Shown here in pieces: positions 35,408 through 36,662 of a stretch of DNA of 36,662 nt. Positions within the stretch are counted from its first letter, which is position 1. Every line of letters starts with the position of its first letter. The stretch covers positions 72,522,941 through 72,559,602 of the forward strand of contig NC_068981.1 in the NCBI RefSeq assembly GCF_001194135.2. Reading direction: 5' to 3'. The stretch is from Octopus bimaculoides (Eukaryota). The position numbers and the translations under genes were made by a program. The notes below the pieces were generated by a model. That model was given only the letters and a program-made list of their open reading frames with translations, had not been told where the DNA came from and searched no databases.

Positions 35408-35882
35408 AGGTATGAACATGAACCTAGTAAAGTACTAGAAAGTAAGAAATATAAGATATTGTGGGACCTTAACATTCAGCCGGACAGAGTAATAGAAGCT
35501 AGAGGGTCTGATTTAGTAGTAGTAGATGTGAAGAATAGAAAGTGTCAGATAATTGACTTTACAGTCCAAAACGATGAGAAAGTCAACATGAAAAATATAG
35601 AAAAATACCAAAGTACCAGGACCTAGACATTGAGTTACAGAGACTATAGAAAGTGCGGGTAAGATTTATACCTGTAGTTACAGATGTATTAGGAAATATT
35701 CCTAAAGATTTGAACAGATTGGTAGAGGAAATTGGCATAAAATCTAGTTTAGTACAGCTCCAGTGTTATTTGGGACAGCTAAGATACTTAGGAGGGTTCT
35801 TGGCATCTGAAGTTACTCGTTGTAACCCGATGTAAGGAATTTTTCTTTTCCAACAGACTAATCTGTTAAGCGTATATGAAAT
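35408..35882 (+). mobile_element. 5'-truncated R4/Dong-type non-LTR retrotransposon: C-terminal restriction-like endonuclease domain and 3' UTR
   Basis: Translation gives YEHEPSKVLESKKYKILWDLNIQPDRVIEARGSDLVVVDVKNRKCQIIDFTVQNDEKVNMKNIEKY, a frameshift, then KYQDLDIELQRL*KVRVRFIPVVTDVLGNIPKDL...GTAKILRRVLGI* (stop at 35810). This is the typical RLE signature. It is flanked by (TAA)n upstream and AAC/AAT repeats downstream. Confidence 0.9.
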
Positions 35883-35891
35883 AACAATAGC

Positions 35892-35957
<66 letters not shown>

Positions 35958-35970
35958 AATAATAATAATA

Positions 35971-36003
<33 letters not shown>
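35883..36003. repeat. (CAA)n(TAA)n(TTA)n compound microsatellite
   Basis: Direct reading; source of the poly-V/poly-I ORF 35766-36020. Confidence 0.97.
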
Positions 36004-36006
<3 letters not shown>

Positions 36007-36270
36007 TCTTTATTGCCCACAAGGGGCTAAACATAAAGGGGACAAACAAGGACAGACAAAAGGATCTCCTTTCTACTATAGGCACATGGCCTGAAATTTG
36101 GGGTAGGGGACTAGTCGATTACTTCAACCCCAGTACTTAACTGGTACTTAATTCATCGACCCCGAAAGGATGAAAGTCGACCTCGGCGGAATTTGAACTC
36201 AGAAGATAAAAAACAGACGAAATACTGCTAAGGATTTTGCCCGGCGTGCTAATGATTCTGCAAGCTCACC

Positions 36271-36271
<1 letters not shown>
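36004..36271 (-). mobile_element. SINE family A with an extra 3' tail segment, in a (TTA)n run
   Basis: TTTCTTTATTGCCCACAAGGGGCTAAAC...GTCGACCTCGGCGGAATTTGAACTCAG...GGCGTGCTAATGATTCTGCAAGCTCACCT. Confidence 0.92.
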
Positions 36272-36301
<30 letters not shown>

Positions 36302-36662
36302 TTATGTTTGACTTTTATAAACCAGCCCAAGGCTGATGAAAATACAGTAATGATTGAAAGAGTTAAGGTAACTGATAGGCAAAGTGAAATACTCTCTGAA
36401 CCAACCATAAACACTAAGGCAGGTGAAAATCAAATAGATGAAGAAAGTCATACAGAAATCGACGCAACAGAACTATATGATCTAAAAAATCAAATCATGA
36501 TTGAATGGCTGAAAATTAAAGAAACTAGTATGAATGAACGCGACACTCTCCCCAAAATTCGCAATTCTAACCAAAACCTGAAAATAATTGGTAAAATCCG
36601 CCTTGCACTTAAGGATATAATTTCAGCTAATGATGTTGATATTACAGATCTCAACCACCTGT
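36302..36662 (+). mobile_element. Stop-free frame running off the window; probable N-terminal region of an R4/Dong-type ORF
   Basis: Frame from 36302 (in-frame ATG at 36350) reads ...MIERVKVTDRQSEILSEPTINTK...LKNQIMIEWLKIKETSMNERDTLPKIRNSNQNLKIIGKIRLALKDIISANDVDITDLNHL. The ER-LPK...DITDLNHL pattern recalls the pre-RT region of R4-clade elements. It is absent from the ORF track because no stop lies within the window. Confidence 0.62.

Noticed and set aside
36333-36365. CTGATGA...GAAA hammerhead-like words
   Set aside because: No credible stems I-III; it lies within a protein-coding TE frame.

Overview
AT-rich, microsatellite-dense eukaryotic DNA with five assembly gaps. The SINE families and general make-up suggest a coleoid cephalopod, probably octopus; this is inferred from recalled repeat families, not a database search. 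I could not identify any host protein-coding exon, and most listed ORFs are microsatellite or N-gap artefacts. The window is a mosaic of mobile-element relics: a decayed mariner transposase (~965-1670, -), an apparently full-length non-autonomous Helitron (3054-4104, -), a Penelope-like RT relic (~9890-10985, -), two R4/Dong-type retrotransposon fragments at the right end, and more than a dozen tRNA-derived SINE copies. The most notable signals are RNA-structural. A minimal type I hammerhead ribozyme motif (6032-6073, -) sits inside a ~50 bp inverted repeat, and there are two further hammerhead-like relics (~9940-9975, ~22250-22320). Two long fold-back inverted repeats (6287-7104, 18741-19198) would form long dsRNA if transcribed. 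No CRISPR array or rRNA gene was seen.
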